Shown: piece by piece, positions 12,999 through 23,774 of the stretch | Numbering within the stretch: the stretch's first letter is position 1 | How the letters are laid out: each line of letters opens with the position of its first letter | Assembly (NCBI GenBank): GCA_036785375.1 | Contig: JAWMAR010000113.1 | Location: forward strand, 434,001 to 498,000 | Direction of reading: 5' to 3' | DNA: 64,000 nucleotides | Source of the DNA: Leucoraja ocellata | Lineage: Eukaryota | The notes under the pieces: model-generated | Told to the model about the DNA's origin: nothing | Databases searched by the model: none | Seen by the model: the letters and a program-made list of their open reading frames with translations, nothing else | Made by a program: the position numbers and the translations under genes

Positions 12999-14152
12999 TA
13001 CACTAGTCCCACTTGCCTGCGCTTGGTCCATGTCCCTCCAAACCTGTCCTATCCATGTATCTGTCTAACTGTTTCTTTAACGATGGGATAGTCCCAGCCT
13101 CAACTACCTCCTCTGGCTGCTTGTTCCATACACCCACCACCCTTTGTGTGAAAAAGTTACCCCTTGGATTCCTATGAAATCGTTTCCCCTTCACCTTGAA
13201 CCTCTGGTCCTCGATTCCCCTACTCTGAATAAAAGACTCTGTGCATCTACCCAATCTATTCCTCTCATGATTTCTTATACCTCTATAAGATCTCCCTCGT
13301 CCTCCTGCGCTCCATCAAATAGAGATCCAGCCTACTCAACCTTTTGTTAAGTTTGACTAATATCTACGGTATTTGCTACATGTACCTTATATTTTATTGA
13401 GACAATATTGTAGGTACCCACAATACTTGTTATTCTTGTAGGCTGTAATAAGTTTTCAAAGTTATAGGTGACCCAGTTCTGTCAAAGATTTGTTCCCACT
13501 CAAGTGATGGCAATACCATTGCACCATTATTGAATTTCTTGTCTGGTTAACCTTTTGACATAAAACTTTTTGAATGCCATTTTAGTTAGTGTCTGAAATA
13601 TCCGATGTTCACAATATTGCAATAATTTTTCTTTGAAGTTTCAAAATGCCAGAACTTATGCTCATCGTGCTGTCTTGTCAACATTGGGTATTGAATTATC
13701 AGATTTTTGTTAATATTGAAAGGACTAATACAATTGTCATCACCCTAGCACAAACTCTGTCCCTTTGACATTGACTGCAAACTGAAGTTGAACTGAAATG
13801 CAATCTTCATTTCCTATTTGAGTCTGAGCTGAGATACCAACTCTTCGTGTTCCATGGCTGGGTAGCTCTACCACTAACCTTACCCATCTCTAAACCATTT
13901 ATTTGTCTGAGATCTATGGGACGTCTATTCCTGACTGTCCTTCCATCATCTCTCTCCCATAGGAACCTATTAAAAATATTTTCATTTTCCTAGATTTTGG
14001 TAAAATCTTAGTATCTCATTTCATTGTGTGTGAAATTTGTGCAATACTCAAGAGTCAAGAGTGTTTTATTATCATATGTAAACATATTACTCTGTAAGCA
14101 ATATAATAAACAAGAAGAAAGTTCAGTGTGTGTGTGTGTATATACATATTTA

Positions 14153-15445
14153 TCTATATTACTAAAAGCCTGATCTTGACCACTTCCTGTAGTTCTGTAT
14201 ATTGATTTTAGAAATAAAAGCTGCCACTTACGGCTGTGATTTTTGGCCATCTTATTCAGTCCCCCTCCGCTGTGCAGGACAAGAGGATTTTTCCCATCGA
14301 TGAAAAGTAAAAGGTATTAGTGTTTTAAAATTGTTGAGATTCTCTCTCCTGAAGGCTACGCCCCTTCCGGAGGGACTATAAAACCCGGAAGTGTTGAGTG
14401 CCTCAGTCAATCTCTGCAAGGTGGGGGAGCGAGAAGGTCACATCTCTCAGTCTGAGCTGTGAATAACACTGAATACATGTCGACTAAACTGTGAGTGGTT
14501 TTACTGACCTGTCAGTGCCCTTAATGTGGTTTGAAAATATAGTTTGTAGATACTAAAGCTGTGTTGCCTTTGGTTTTCAAATGCTAAAGCTGTGTTGCCT
14601 TTGGTTTGGAAATGCTCAAGCTGTGTTGCCTTTGGTTTGGAAATGCTAAAGCTGTGTTGCCTTTGGTTTGGAAATGCTAAAGCTGTGTTGCATTGCCTAA
14701 ATAAAGTTGCATTGCCTAAATAAAGTTGCCTTGCCTAATTAAAGTTGCCGTGTCTAATTAAAGTTGCCCTGCCTTCAATATAATTAAAAGTCTAATTTTG
14801 ACCACTTCCTGTTTGCGTTTTATATTGATTTTAGAATAAACGCTACCACGTATGGCTGTGATTTTTGGCCATCTTACTCAGAGTCCCTCTCCGCTCATCA
14901 GATGCCGAGGATGTTTCCCATTGATGAAAAATAAGAGTTATTAGTGTTTAAAAAATGTTGAGATTCTCTCTTCCGTCAATCACGCCATGAAGGCCACACC
15001 CCTTCTGGTGGGAGGGGGGGGGGGAAGGACTATAAAACCCAGAAGTGTGGCCGTGGCTCAGTCTCTGCAAGATGGAGATGTCATGACTTGCTGTCTTTAG
15101 TGGCCTTGCACCCTGCTTGAAATGGTATGAAACTGCACTTGATTTTGGTGGCCTTGCATCCTGCTTGAAATGGAATTTCAAGGAATAGCCGTGAGTCAAC
15201 TGCCAGGCCACCTGCCGTGAGTGAGTGAGCTGCCAGCACAACAGGTTTGAGTGACTGAGCCGCCAGCTCAAGAATCCATTCGGCCCACAATATCCATACT
15301 AACCCTCTGGAAACCAGTCCCTTCAGACCACAACACCCATACTAGCACTCCAGAAAGCGCCCCCCCTCCCACTGGCCACCAATATTGGAATTGGTGGAGA
15401 GGTGGAATATTGCATTGGGGGACCAGCCCTCCCGTGTGATGCTGA
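14153..15445 (+). mobile_element. Non-autonomous Helitron-like element with internal minisatellites, 3' end truncated
   Basis: A|TC start. 5' module repeated at about 14780. Body homologous to the reverse complement of 25860-26790. About 31-bp and about 19-bp tandem arrays at 14550-14775. Confidence 0.65.
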
Positions 15446-15894
15446 TTTATTATATTATAATAATTAGTCTCATAAAAATCAAACAATAATAGTGCAATAA
15501 TAACAATATTAATCTATGTAGTTGTGAGCTTATTTGAGGTGTTTAATAGCTTGATGGCTCTAGGGAAGTTGCTGATCCTGGAGGTTACGCTTTTAAGGCT
15601 CCTGTACCTTCCTCCCGGTGGCAGGAGTGAAATGAGTGTGTGGGTCTCTGATGATGTTAGCTGCCTTTTTGAGGCTGCGACTCCTGTAAATCCCATTCAT
15701 GGTGGAGAGGTCAGAACCCGTGATCTACTGTAATGAACAGTGTTCACAACTTTTTGCAACTCCAAACACAGCCTAACCATAGTCCTGTAAATGATTCCTG
15801 ACTTATACTCAATACCCCAAACTATGAAAGCTAGCATGCCATGTTACCACTTCTTATCACTCTATCTACTTGTGTTGGGACTTTCAGGGAGTTA

Positions 15895-16480
15895 TTTAAA
15901 GAGGGCTAGAATACAAGACCAGGATGCAGGTGCTGCTCAGGCCGCATTTGTATTGTGAGCCATTTTGGGCACCTCTGAGGAAGGATGTGCTGGTCCTGGA
16001 CAGGGTCCAGAGGAGGTTTTCAAGAATGATCCCAGGAATGAGTAGGTTAACTTATGATGAACATTTGACGGCACTAGGCCTGTACTCGCTGGAGTTTTGA
16101 AGAATGAGGTTGGACCTTAGTGAAACATGAATAGTGAAAGGCTTGGATAGAGTGGATGTGGAGAGGATGTTTCCACTGGTGGGAGAGTCTAGGAATAGAG
16201 GTCATAGCCTCAAAATTAAAGGGCGCTCCTTTAAGGAGATAAGAAGTAACTTCTTTAGTCAGATGGTGGTGAATCTGTGAAATTATTTGCCACAGAAGGT
16301 TATGGGGGGCAAGTCAATGGATATCTTTAACGTAGAGATATATAGATTCTTGATTAATACAGGTGTCAGGGGTTACGGAGAGAGGGCAGGAGCATGGGGT
16401 TAGGAGGGAGAGATAGATCAGCCATGATTTAATGGCAGAGTAGACTTGAGCAAAATGGCCTAATTCTGCTCTTATTACAC
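15895..16480 (+). mobile_element. Degraded CR1 3' fragment
   Basis: Recognisable CR1 ORF2 C-terminus and 3'UTR. Confidence 0.8.
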
Positions 16481-16483
16481 GAG

Positions 16484-18078
16484 TAGAGCCAGGTTGTTTA
16501 GGCGCTAAAAATCTCTGAAATAGGCAGGCAAAAAGGCATAATAAAATTACAAAAAAGGCATGAAAAGGGCATTTATTGACAAAAAGGCATTTATTTCCAC
16601 CACCAAAATATGGTTAAAAATGATAATTATAAAGGTATACTATATTAAATGGTCAAAGTTGCACATAGCTACTAGCATTCGTATCAAATTATCTGGTGTT
16701 AAACTATGCCGTCTGTCAGACAGAATATGCTAGTTGTGAAAAACTTCTTTCTACCCCAGCTGAGGGCACTGACGCATACCTGAAACAAGCTACAAACTCT
16801 ACATTCAAGTCGATATCTTGTGCATTACAACTACATTTAAGAACTTTAGCTAGGTTTTGTATTTCTTCAAGATCTTTGTTAGCTAAAATCACTCACATTT
16901 TCCTTTTGTCTTCACCTACATCGCCAGGAACTTTAAGTACAAAGTACAGCAAGTGAAGATGTAAACTGAGCAATAATTCAGTTCTTTGACTTCTCCAGTA
17001 CTTCCGATGTCAAGAAATACTCCTTTGATGGTTGACCTGCCTCCAGTGTACCTATGACCACATTGGCAACAAATCTCCCCACAGCATCAGTTATCTCGTC
17101 TATTGAGATCCATATTTTGTTGCATGCAACTTCATCTCTAAGTTTCTGCACAACAATGTTGAAGTTACTGTCAACATAATTTTTCCGTAATGATGACTCG
17201 CTTGGTATATGTTCCTGTGTATTTCTCTAAAAAACGTCAGAGATTTATTTTCCAATTTCTAGTGGAATTCCAGCATCAATGAATGCGTTGCACAGATCAC
17301 TCAAACTCAGATATGCGATTGGAGCCAGCAATAAATGTTGTGAGACAAGCTTGCGTATTTCCTACCTTCTGTTTCTCTGCCACCAACTTGTGTTTAGCTG
17401 TCTATACATGCATGGAGATGAAATATGTTTTCTCATGATTCACTGCTTTCTCACATGCATTGCAAAACAGCACAGTTGTCTGTAGAGAACATATCACTCC
17501 CGTACACTCTCACCAAATCGTTCCGTTTTTTTTTTACAAGGTGTTGACTTGAATTTAGGCATTTTGACGCTTGCAGGGGTAGATCCTACAGGAGCGGGGA
17601 TGCAGACCTCTACAGGCAGGCCAAGTACAAGCTAAGAAGAGGAATCAGAGCTGCCAAGGAAAGGTACTCTGAAAGGTTGAGGAGCAAGTTCTCAGTGCAG
17701 ATTGCAAGAAATTACAAGCCACAAGAGGAAAACCCCCTGCTCCTTGGACAATCGTCAGCTGACCAATGACCTGAATGAGTTCTACTGCAGTTTTGATAAA
17801 CAGAAGCTTAACGCTGGTAACCCCAACCAACAGTTCACACCTACTCACAGCTTGACTGAACTCTTGCAAAGACTGGACCCTTTCCCATGCACCTCTCCCC
17901 AATCACCACTTAACACCCACTTACAGCCAGGTTTTGCCCCGGTGGTGTCAATTTTCTTGTAAGTTACATTAAAATGGCAAAACAAGGCTGATTTAGGCAC
18001 TCAATCGTGAAAAAGGAATTATCTTCCTGAAATCATCAAAAAAGGCATGAAAAGGCACATGGCAAAATCCTGGCTCTA
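16484..18078 (-). mobile_element. Fossil hAT DNA transposon (CGGBP1-like transposase), with a LINE fragment at about 17575-17925
   Basis: TIR TAGAGCCAGG/CCTGGCTCTA. Minus-strand remnants DLCNAFIDAGIPL...IPSESSLRKNY...IWISIDEITDAVGRFVANVVIG and C-terminal SAGVERSFS dimerisation motif, with stops and frameshifts. Confidence 0.8.
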
Positions 18079-18099
18079 CTTATGAGCTTATGGAATTGG

Positions 18100-18960
18100 T
18101 CCTAAGATGCCTCTGCACATCACTGCTGTTAAGGGTCATGCTACTTTCCCCTTACTTTGACCTCCCAAAGTGCATCACCTTACACTTAATCAGGTTAAAC
18201 TTGATCCGTCATTTCTTCACAATTTTTTGTATCTGATCAATATTCCGTTGTTACCTTGGCAGCCTTCATTACAGTCTGTGACCCCAGCAACCTTGGTGTC
18301 AAATGCAAACGTTTATTTACTTCAGAAACAGCAGAGGTCCCAGCAGATCTTCACTGGTCACAGATCTCCAGCGTGACTATTTTCCTTGAAAACCCTGTCT
18401 ATCAGTAAACCACTTCTGAATCCATGACTACATCACTGTTAACCGTGTGCATCTTAATCTGCTGAATCAGCCTACCATGGGGACTTTATTAAATGCCTTA
18501 CTAAAATCCATGTAGACAACATCCACCACCTACCCTCATCAATCACCTTCCCAAAAAAAATTGATCAAGTTAATAAGACATGACCTGCTGCTTTCAGTAG
18601 TGCCGACTGTCCCTAATTAACCCATTCTCTTCCAAATGGGAGCAAATCCTATCCCAAAGAATCCTCTCCTAGTTTTACTACCACTGACATGAGGCTCTCA
18701 TCCCTTACTTGAGAAGATGCAAGGGAAAACATTTGTTAAAGCTCCCACAATCTCCTTTCTTGCCTCTCAATAACCTGGAATAAATCCCATCAGGTCCTGG
18801 GGATTTATCCACTTAACTTGTCTTCAAGAGCCACAATAACTCCTCCTTCTTAATCTCAAACTGCCCTTGCATATTAGTATTCTCCACGCTGCCCTCCATG
18901 TCATTCTCCTCGGTGAAAACAGATGAAGAGTACTCATTGGACCCAACTCCATGCACAAAT
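18100..18960 (-). mobile_element. Old degraded CR1 ORF2 fragment
   Basis: Remnant VDVVYMDFSKAF and KSPGPDGI motifs on the minus strand. Confidence 0.65.
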
Positions 18961-19769
18961 TCTCTTCTCCTTCACCTAGGCTTTCAGCTAAGGCTCACGT
19001 ACTTTCAGCCCTATTACGGATAAATTGTTTGTTCCCTTCAAAGTTTGCTGTATTATTTTTAAGTTATTGATTGATGCACCACACTTGATCAAAATTTCCA
19101 AATTCAATTCACATAAAACCTCAATTGAGACTTTCATCCATTACAGCACTACTTATATTTTAAATAACATGATTAGCTATTTATTGTCTTAATACAATAA
19201 ATATTTCTGCATTTACATTTGGAAAATTATACTACTAGTTAACTTCAATAGTGTTGCTCCTTCCTTTGCACCATGTTATTTTATAGGATTGTTCAATATT
19301 TTACATTCAACTATTTAGTCATTTTCCTTTTTGGCCCTTGCCTTACTTAAATTTCACTGAGGGGAAGGACATGGAGGGCAGAGTGGAGAATACTAATATG
19401 CAAGGGTAGTTTGAGATTAAGGAGGAGTTATTGTGTCTCTTGAAGACAAGTTAAGTGGATAAATCCCCAGGACCTGATGGGATTTTCAAACTGAAGGAGA
19501 CAATAGTGGAGTGCTAAGTGTATTCGCAATATTAAGGTACCAATAGTGCAAATATCTCTTTAAAAGGTCAGTGCAGCAAATTTAAGAAACCTGTTAAATC
19601 TGCTGCCAGCACGTGTACCATATCCCATTCGCCCTCACTTGTGCTCGGCTTTCCTGTTGACTCCAATTCAATGTCTCAAACTTACAATTTTCACCCTTAA
19701 ACTAACCCTTCCAGGGAAATAAAATGTGTTCTTCCAAAGCTATCCTTGCATGTCCCCAATTAGTTCAGA

Positions 19770-19955
19770 GGCAGTACAGAAACAGGTCGTTCGGTAAACC
19801 AGATCCTCACCAACCAAACTATCATCCTTACACTCATTCCACCCTAGGGATAATTTATAGAAGCTAATTAACCTACAAACCTGCACATCTTTGGAACGTG
19901 GAAACAAATCAGAGGAGCAGGAGAAAACCCATTCACATGGAGACCACTGTGCCAC
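19770..19955 (-). mobile_element. HE1/V-SINE-like remnant
   Basis: Conserved ccaaagatgtgcaggtttgtaggttaatt core shared with 53718-54010. Confidence 0.6.
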
Positions 19956-20299
19956 CTATATTGTATTGCTGATTTAAAATGTAGTTTCCCCAAAATTTGC
20001 TCCGATGAAAGAATATTGATTCAAATGTTAACCATTCCTCTTCCCATGTAATGCATTGATCCGTTGTATTTTTCCTGCATTGAACTTCTCTTTAATCCTT
20101 GCTCACCTGTTCCAATGTGTTTCAGTGCCATTCCCCCCCCCCCCCCCCCCCACCAACTCCCATTAAAATCTCCTCATATTTTTGCACGGTAAAAAGTTTA
20201 CATATTCAATGCAGCTTGTATTTTCAACAGGTCCTCTCAAAATACACATTTCACAAACTTTAATTCTGGAAAAAATTCAGCCCATTGTACAAAGTACAC

Positions 20300-21260
20300 A
20301 CTTCAACCATGAATTTTATTTAATCCACCAGTACACAGATACAGCTATAAACAGCCTGTACAATCCTACATAGAACCTGTATGGAAATAGAAAATGTAAG
20401 CCTCCAATATATGTAATTAAATGTTAATACCATAATTCTAAACTTCCAGTGGCTTTTCAGCATGATTTTTGTTTGAATGTCAGCAACTATAGGGTACAAC
20501 ATTGACCAAAAATACCTAAGACTTCAGATGTGCATCTCTGGTGGTCAGGTTTCATTGCAGGCAACTTCACCTATTTGCGCTTCTAATAAATCACACTATA
20601 AACCCCAAAAACGAGACTTAATGAACCCATTCACAGCAGTTTCATGAAAAGAAAATGATAATCCAAGAAGCACTATCACAAATATAGCCAGGACAACATT
20701 GCCACAAATTATTAAGAGGGAAATCCAAGATTAAAACAGGATTTGAGGCAAGGTTATCTATTAAAATTTCAACAACGGGAACATTAATTTTCTGACATTT
20801 AACTTGTTCATCATACAAATGCTATATATATTTTTTTTTTAAAGTACCAGAATTAAAATTCTCCTTTAAATGTCTGACAGTCAGGCTAACCATCCTTGCC
20901 CATGGAATGTTACAGTATGTCTACATTGTAAATGGTCTTTCAAAGCCCTCCATCTTACTAGTGTATTTAATAATGTATTTGTGGATTTCTCAGTAAAAAT
21001 CCCTGTAACATCCAAGTACACACAACTTGTTTTTTTTTATATTGAAAAAAAAAATAAAAAAATTCAGACATTAACATCCAAAGATGTAAAAATGTATGCA
21101 TGGGGTGAAGAAAGGGTAGAGGTGCTGGGATTCCCTATTTCAAAGTGTGTTGCCTATTACTAAGCTACTAAAACCTTGCATTTACAAAATAGTTGATAAA
21201 AATATTCCTCTGAATTGTACAAGAGGTGCATCGACCAATGATAAACATGCAAGACAGATG
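20300..21260 (-). other. HMGN1: HMGN1-like 3'UTR with AATAAA at 20315-20320
   Basis: Repeat-free AT-rich stretch. Block CTTGTACAATTCAGAGGAATATTTTTATCAACTATTTTGTAAATGCAAG resembles the mammalian HMGN1 3'UTR as recalled. Canonical polyA signal. Confidence 0.75.
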
Positions 21261-21299
21261 TTATTCTGACTTGGTTTCAGTCTCTCCAGCTGCAGGTAC
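21261..21299 (-). CDS. HMGN1: HMGN1-like exon 6 coding part (VPAAGETETKSE*)
   Basis: ttttacag acceptor, ends in TAA. C-terminal KSE resembles HMGN1 EAKSD. Confidence 0.9.
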   Translation of the reverse strand, partial: VPAAGETETKSE

Positions 21300-21373
21300 C
21301 TGTAAAATATGAATGTGTATTAATATCCAAAATAAACTAAATTCCATATGATGATTTTGATTAACTTATTTAC

Positions 21374-21475
21374 CTCATTGTTTTTCCGTTCACCATTTTC
21401 TGAGGGTACAGAATCTTCTTTAGCTTCTTGATTGGCTTGTGGAGGATTTGCTTTAGCCCGGGTCTTGGTTTTTTT
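21374..21475 (-). CDS. HMGN1: HMGN1-like exon 5 (KKTKTRAKANPPQANQEAKEDSVPSENGERKNNE)
   Basis: ttcttctatag acceptor, GTAAAT donor, 102 nt. NQEAKEDSVPSENGE matches HMGN1 NQETKEDLPAENGE. Confidence 0.92.
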
Positions 21476-21553
21476 CTATAGAAGAAAGGCAGCTCTATGG
21501 CATATTTCCAAAGACAAAATACATAATTTCTTTTAAATACAATTAAAACTCAC

Positions 21554-21604
21554 TTGGGTAGTTGCTTTCTTTATTGGGATCTCATCGGTTTGTTTTGTCT
21601 GTCT
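21554..21604 (-). CDS. HMGN1: HMGN1-like exon 4 (RQTKQTDEIPIKKATTQ)
   Basis: cttttgctttctcag acceptor, GTGAGT donor, 51 nt, phase 0. Size and PxKKA motif match HMGN exon 4. Confidence 0.85.
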
Positions 21605-21687
21605 CTGAGAAAGCAAAAGTAGAAGTCAGCCATTTGAACAAAAGCTTTATTTGAATAAAGAAACAATACATTCACTTTGCACTTTAC

Positions 21688-21720
21688 CTTCCTCAGTTGC
21701 ATGAGAATCGGTGGTGGGGA
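21688..21720 (-). CDS. HMGN1: HMGN1-like exon 3 (SPPPILMQLRK), at the position of the nucleosome-binding core exon
   Basis: Strong polypyrimidine tract ttttttctttttctcag, AAG|GTAAAG donor, 33 nt, phase 0, open frame. Confidence 0.8.
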
Positions 21721-22220
21721 CTGAGAAAAAGAAAAAAAAGTTTACATAGCAAAAATGTACATTTTCCCCAAATTTTCATCAGCATTTCAGGAATATTTGC
21801 TACTGAATTTAGTGTATTTGGGTAAATTGCATTATGTGGGTTAAATTTTATTTGATGTGGCTGTGTGTATTGTTGTTTCTCACCTAGTATGGCTGTATGG
21901 CAACTCAAATTTCACTGTACCTTAATTGGTACGTGACAATTAAATCTTGAATCTTAATAAGATACAAGAACTCTGTTGATTAATGCTCATTGGGAATTAA
22001 AATTGTACATCTCCATTTTCACGTTAACTCAAAGGGAAAATCACTTTGCTTTATTATGTCACGAAATACACAATTTTGCCTAAAAATACTTTTCCCATGA
22101 ATTAAGCTCTGCTCTTTCATTCACGAATTCAATTCCACCCCTGTATAACAAAAAAAATATTTTTTAGTTCTCAGTGAATGTTCGAAAGCTATATTCCCCG
22201 CTAAAGAAAACGCATCTTAC

Positions 22221-22247
22221 CTTGTCTGCTACTGTATCAGACGTCTG
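22221..22247 (-). CDS. HMGN1: HMGN1-like exon 2 (QTSDTVADK)
   Basis: cttcttcatttag acceptor, GTAAGA donor, 27 nt, phase 0. Tandem TAGCAG acceptor allows a 24-nt alternative. Confidence 0.8.
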
Positions 22248-23032
22248 CTAAATGAAGAAGATAAACATGTTAAAGGCATTACATTACTAAACTGCAACGT
22301 CACTAAATGGGGTGGGAAGAGAGAAGGGAAAGATTTAAGCATAGGATGGCAGTGTTGTGTTTGCAAACAGTGTGGGGATGCGAGAAACAGGCGCGTAGAG
22401 AGGAGGGAGGGAGGATGCCGAGCGCAACAAGGGACGTAATGCGAATCCTTCCCGCCTATTTGTAACCTGCTGGACGAACTTCAGAACTCCGTGTTGCAGT
22501 CTCTCCCCTGCAAATGGTAACAGAACATTCGAGATCCCAAATGGAGCTGGGAATTTACAGGCAGGAGCATCGACAGCCGAACAAAAACACGGTTCTTAAC
22601 CACAAGCGCTTGCCCGTAAAAAAGCCCGCCTACAAAACGCCGCAAATAAAACAAAACTTTTATTTTTTTTAATCCGGGGCGAGATGATTAATAAACGTCT
22701 GTTATGCATTTATAGAATTGCTTTGACCTTCCACGCAGAAGTAATGAAGTGGTCTTCATTTACGGGGTGCAATTTTCCACGTCTGCGTCTGGAAGGGGAT
22801 CTCTCCATAGTTATAGACACTTTGCTATTTTAATCATGAACAACAAGGCTTTTTTTCTTCTAAATATATTATTTTTAAACCCAGTGCATTATTATATAAC
22901 TACTATACTCCGTCACGGTACACTACAACATTCCGGACACAATCACACGCAGGAGCAAACACATAAATAATTTTCCCTCCCTTTTTAATCCACGTCCTTT
23001 CTACCAGAAAGGGAAATTTAAAAATTACTCAC

Positions 23033-23047
23033 CTGTTTCCTGGGCAT
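23033..23047 (-). CDS. HMGN1: HMGN1-like exon 1 (MPRKQ)
   Basis: ATG CCC AGG AAA CAG followed by a GTGAGT donor. A 15-nt first coding exon is the HMGN family hallmark (human MPKRK). Head-to-head synteny with GET1. Confidence 0.9.
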
Positions 23048-23684
23048 GTTTTGTTTTTGAGGGATTTTCTAAAAACAAATTAAAATAATAATGCAAAATT
23101 TTAAATTGGGTTAAGCTAGAATGCAAGAGGATTGCACCGCTTAAACATCAATTTACTGAACCCCGGAATCGTATTGAACTACCTTGCTACAATGCAACTA
23201 CTGCACGTTAATGCTGCCAAGCAAACTAGTTCGAACCAGATTTGTCCTCGCTCCGTCCTGCCGAACGTTCCGATGTGTCACCGCCTCCCATTGGCCGGAT
23301 CCGCTTGTTATCGCGCATTCCGTCCGTAACGCACTGCCCTATTGGTCAGCTCGACGCATCTTCGCTCGCGGCTCCCCGGGACCCCTATTTTTTTTAAAGT
23401 TCGGTTGACTCGAGCGGGCAGAGCTCCCCAGGATCTTGCTGATTGGAGCTATCCTCTCACATGTCTTGCAGCCTAACAAAGGGACGAAGCGATGTAAATC
23501 TAAGTGTTTAGATGCATTAAATAAATGGCGTTGCATTGCATATATTTCCATGAGTTTTGTTTTTCTTGCCACCTGCTCTGCTGAAAAGGAAAGTCCCCCG
23601 CAAAGAGATTACATTGGAGTGGAATGGCTTCTATTTACTGTTGTCGTGGTCCTTCGGGGTGGGGTTATGATAGGAAACTTAAAC
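23048..23684. promoter_or_regulatory. Bidirectional HMGN1/GET1 promoter and 5'UTRs within a CpG-rich island
   Basis: Divergent ATGs about 640 bp apart. CpG-rich about 22380-23460. ATTGG (CCAAT) boxes at 23290, 23341, 23442 and 23613. GC-box-like CCGCCTCCC at 23281. YY1-like AACATGGCGG over the GET1 start. Confidence 0.8.
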
Positions 23685-23774
23685 ATGGCGGAGAGCTGTG
23701 CGTGGTTGTTAGTGCTTGGCTCCGTTTTGCTATGTAGTCTGTTTAAGATGCTGCTCCCGACCCTTTCTTTGCTT
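23685..23774 (+). CDS. GET1: GET1 (WRB) exon 1, MAESCAWLLVLGSVLLCSLFKMLLPTLSLL (TM1)
   Basis: Kozak aacATGG; similar to human WAWLLVLSFVFGCNVLRILLPSF; GTAAGT donor, phase 0. Confidence 0.93.

Noticed and set aside
22467-22507. Possible 41-nt poison exon in HMGN1 intron 1 (ttgcag|GGG...TGA...CAG|gttaca)
   Set aside because: Weak donor and polypyrimidine tract; no supporting evidence; does not encode RRSARLS.
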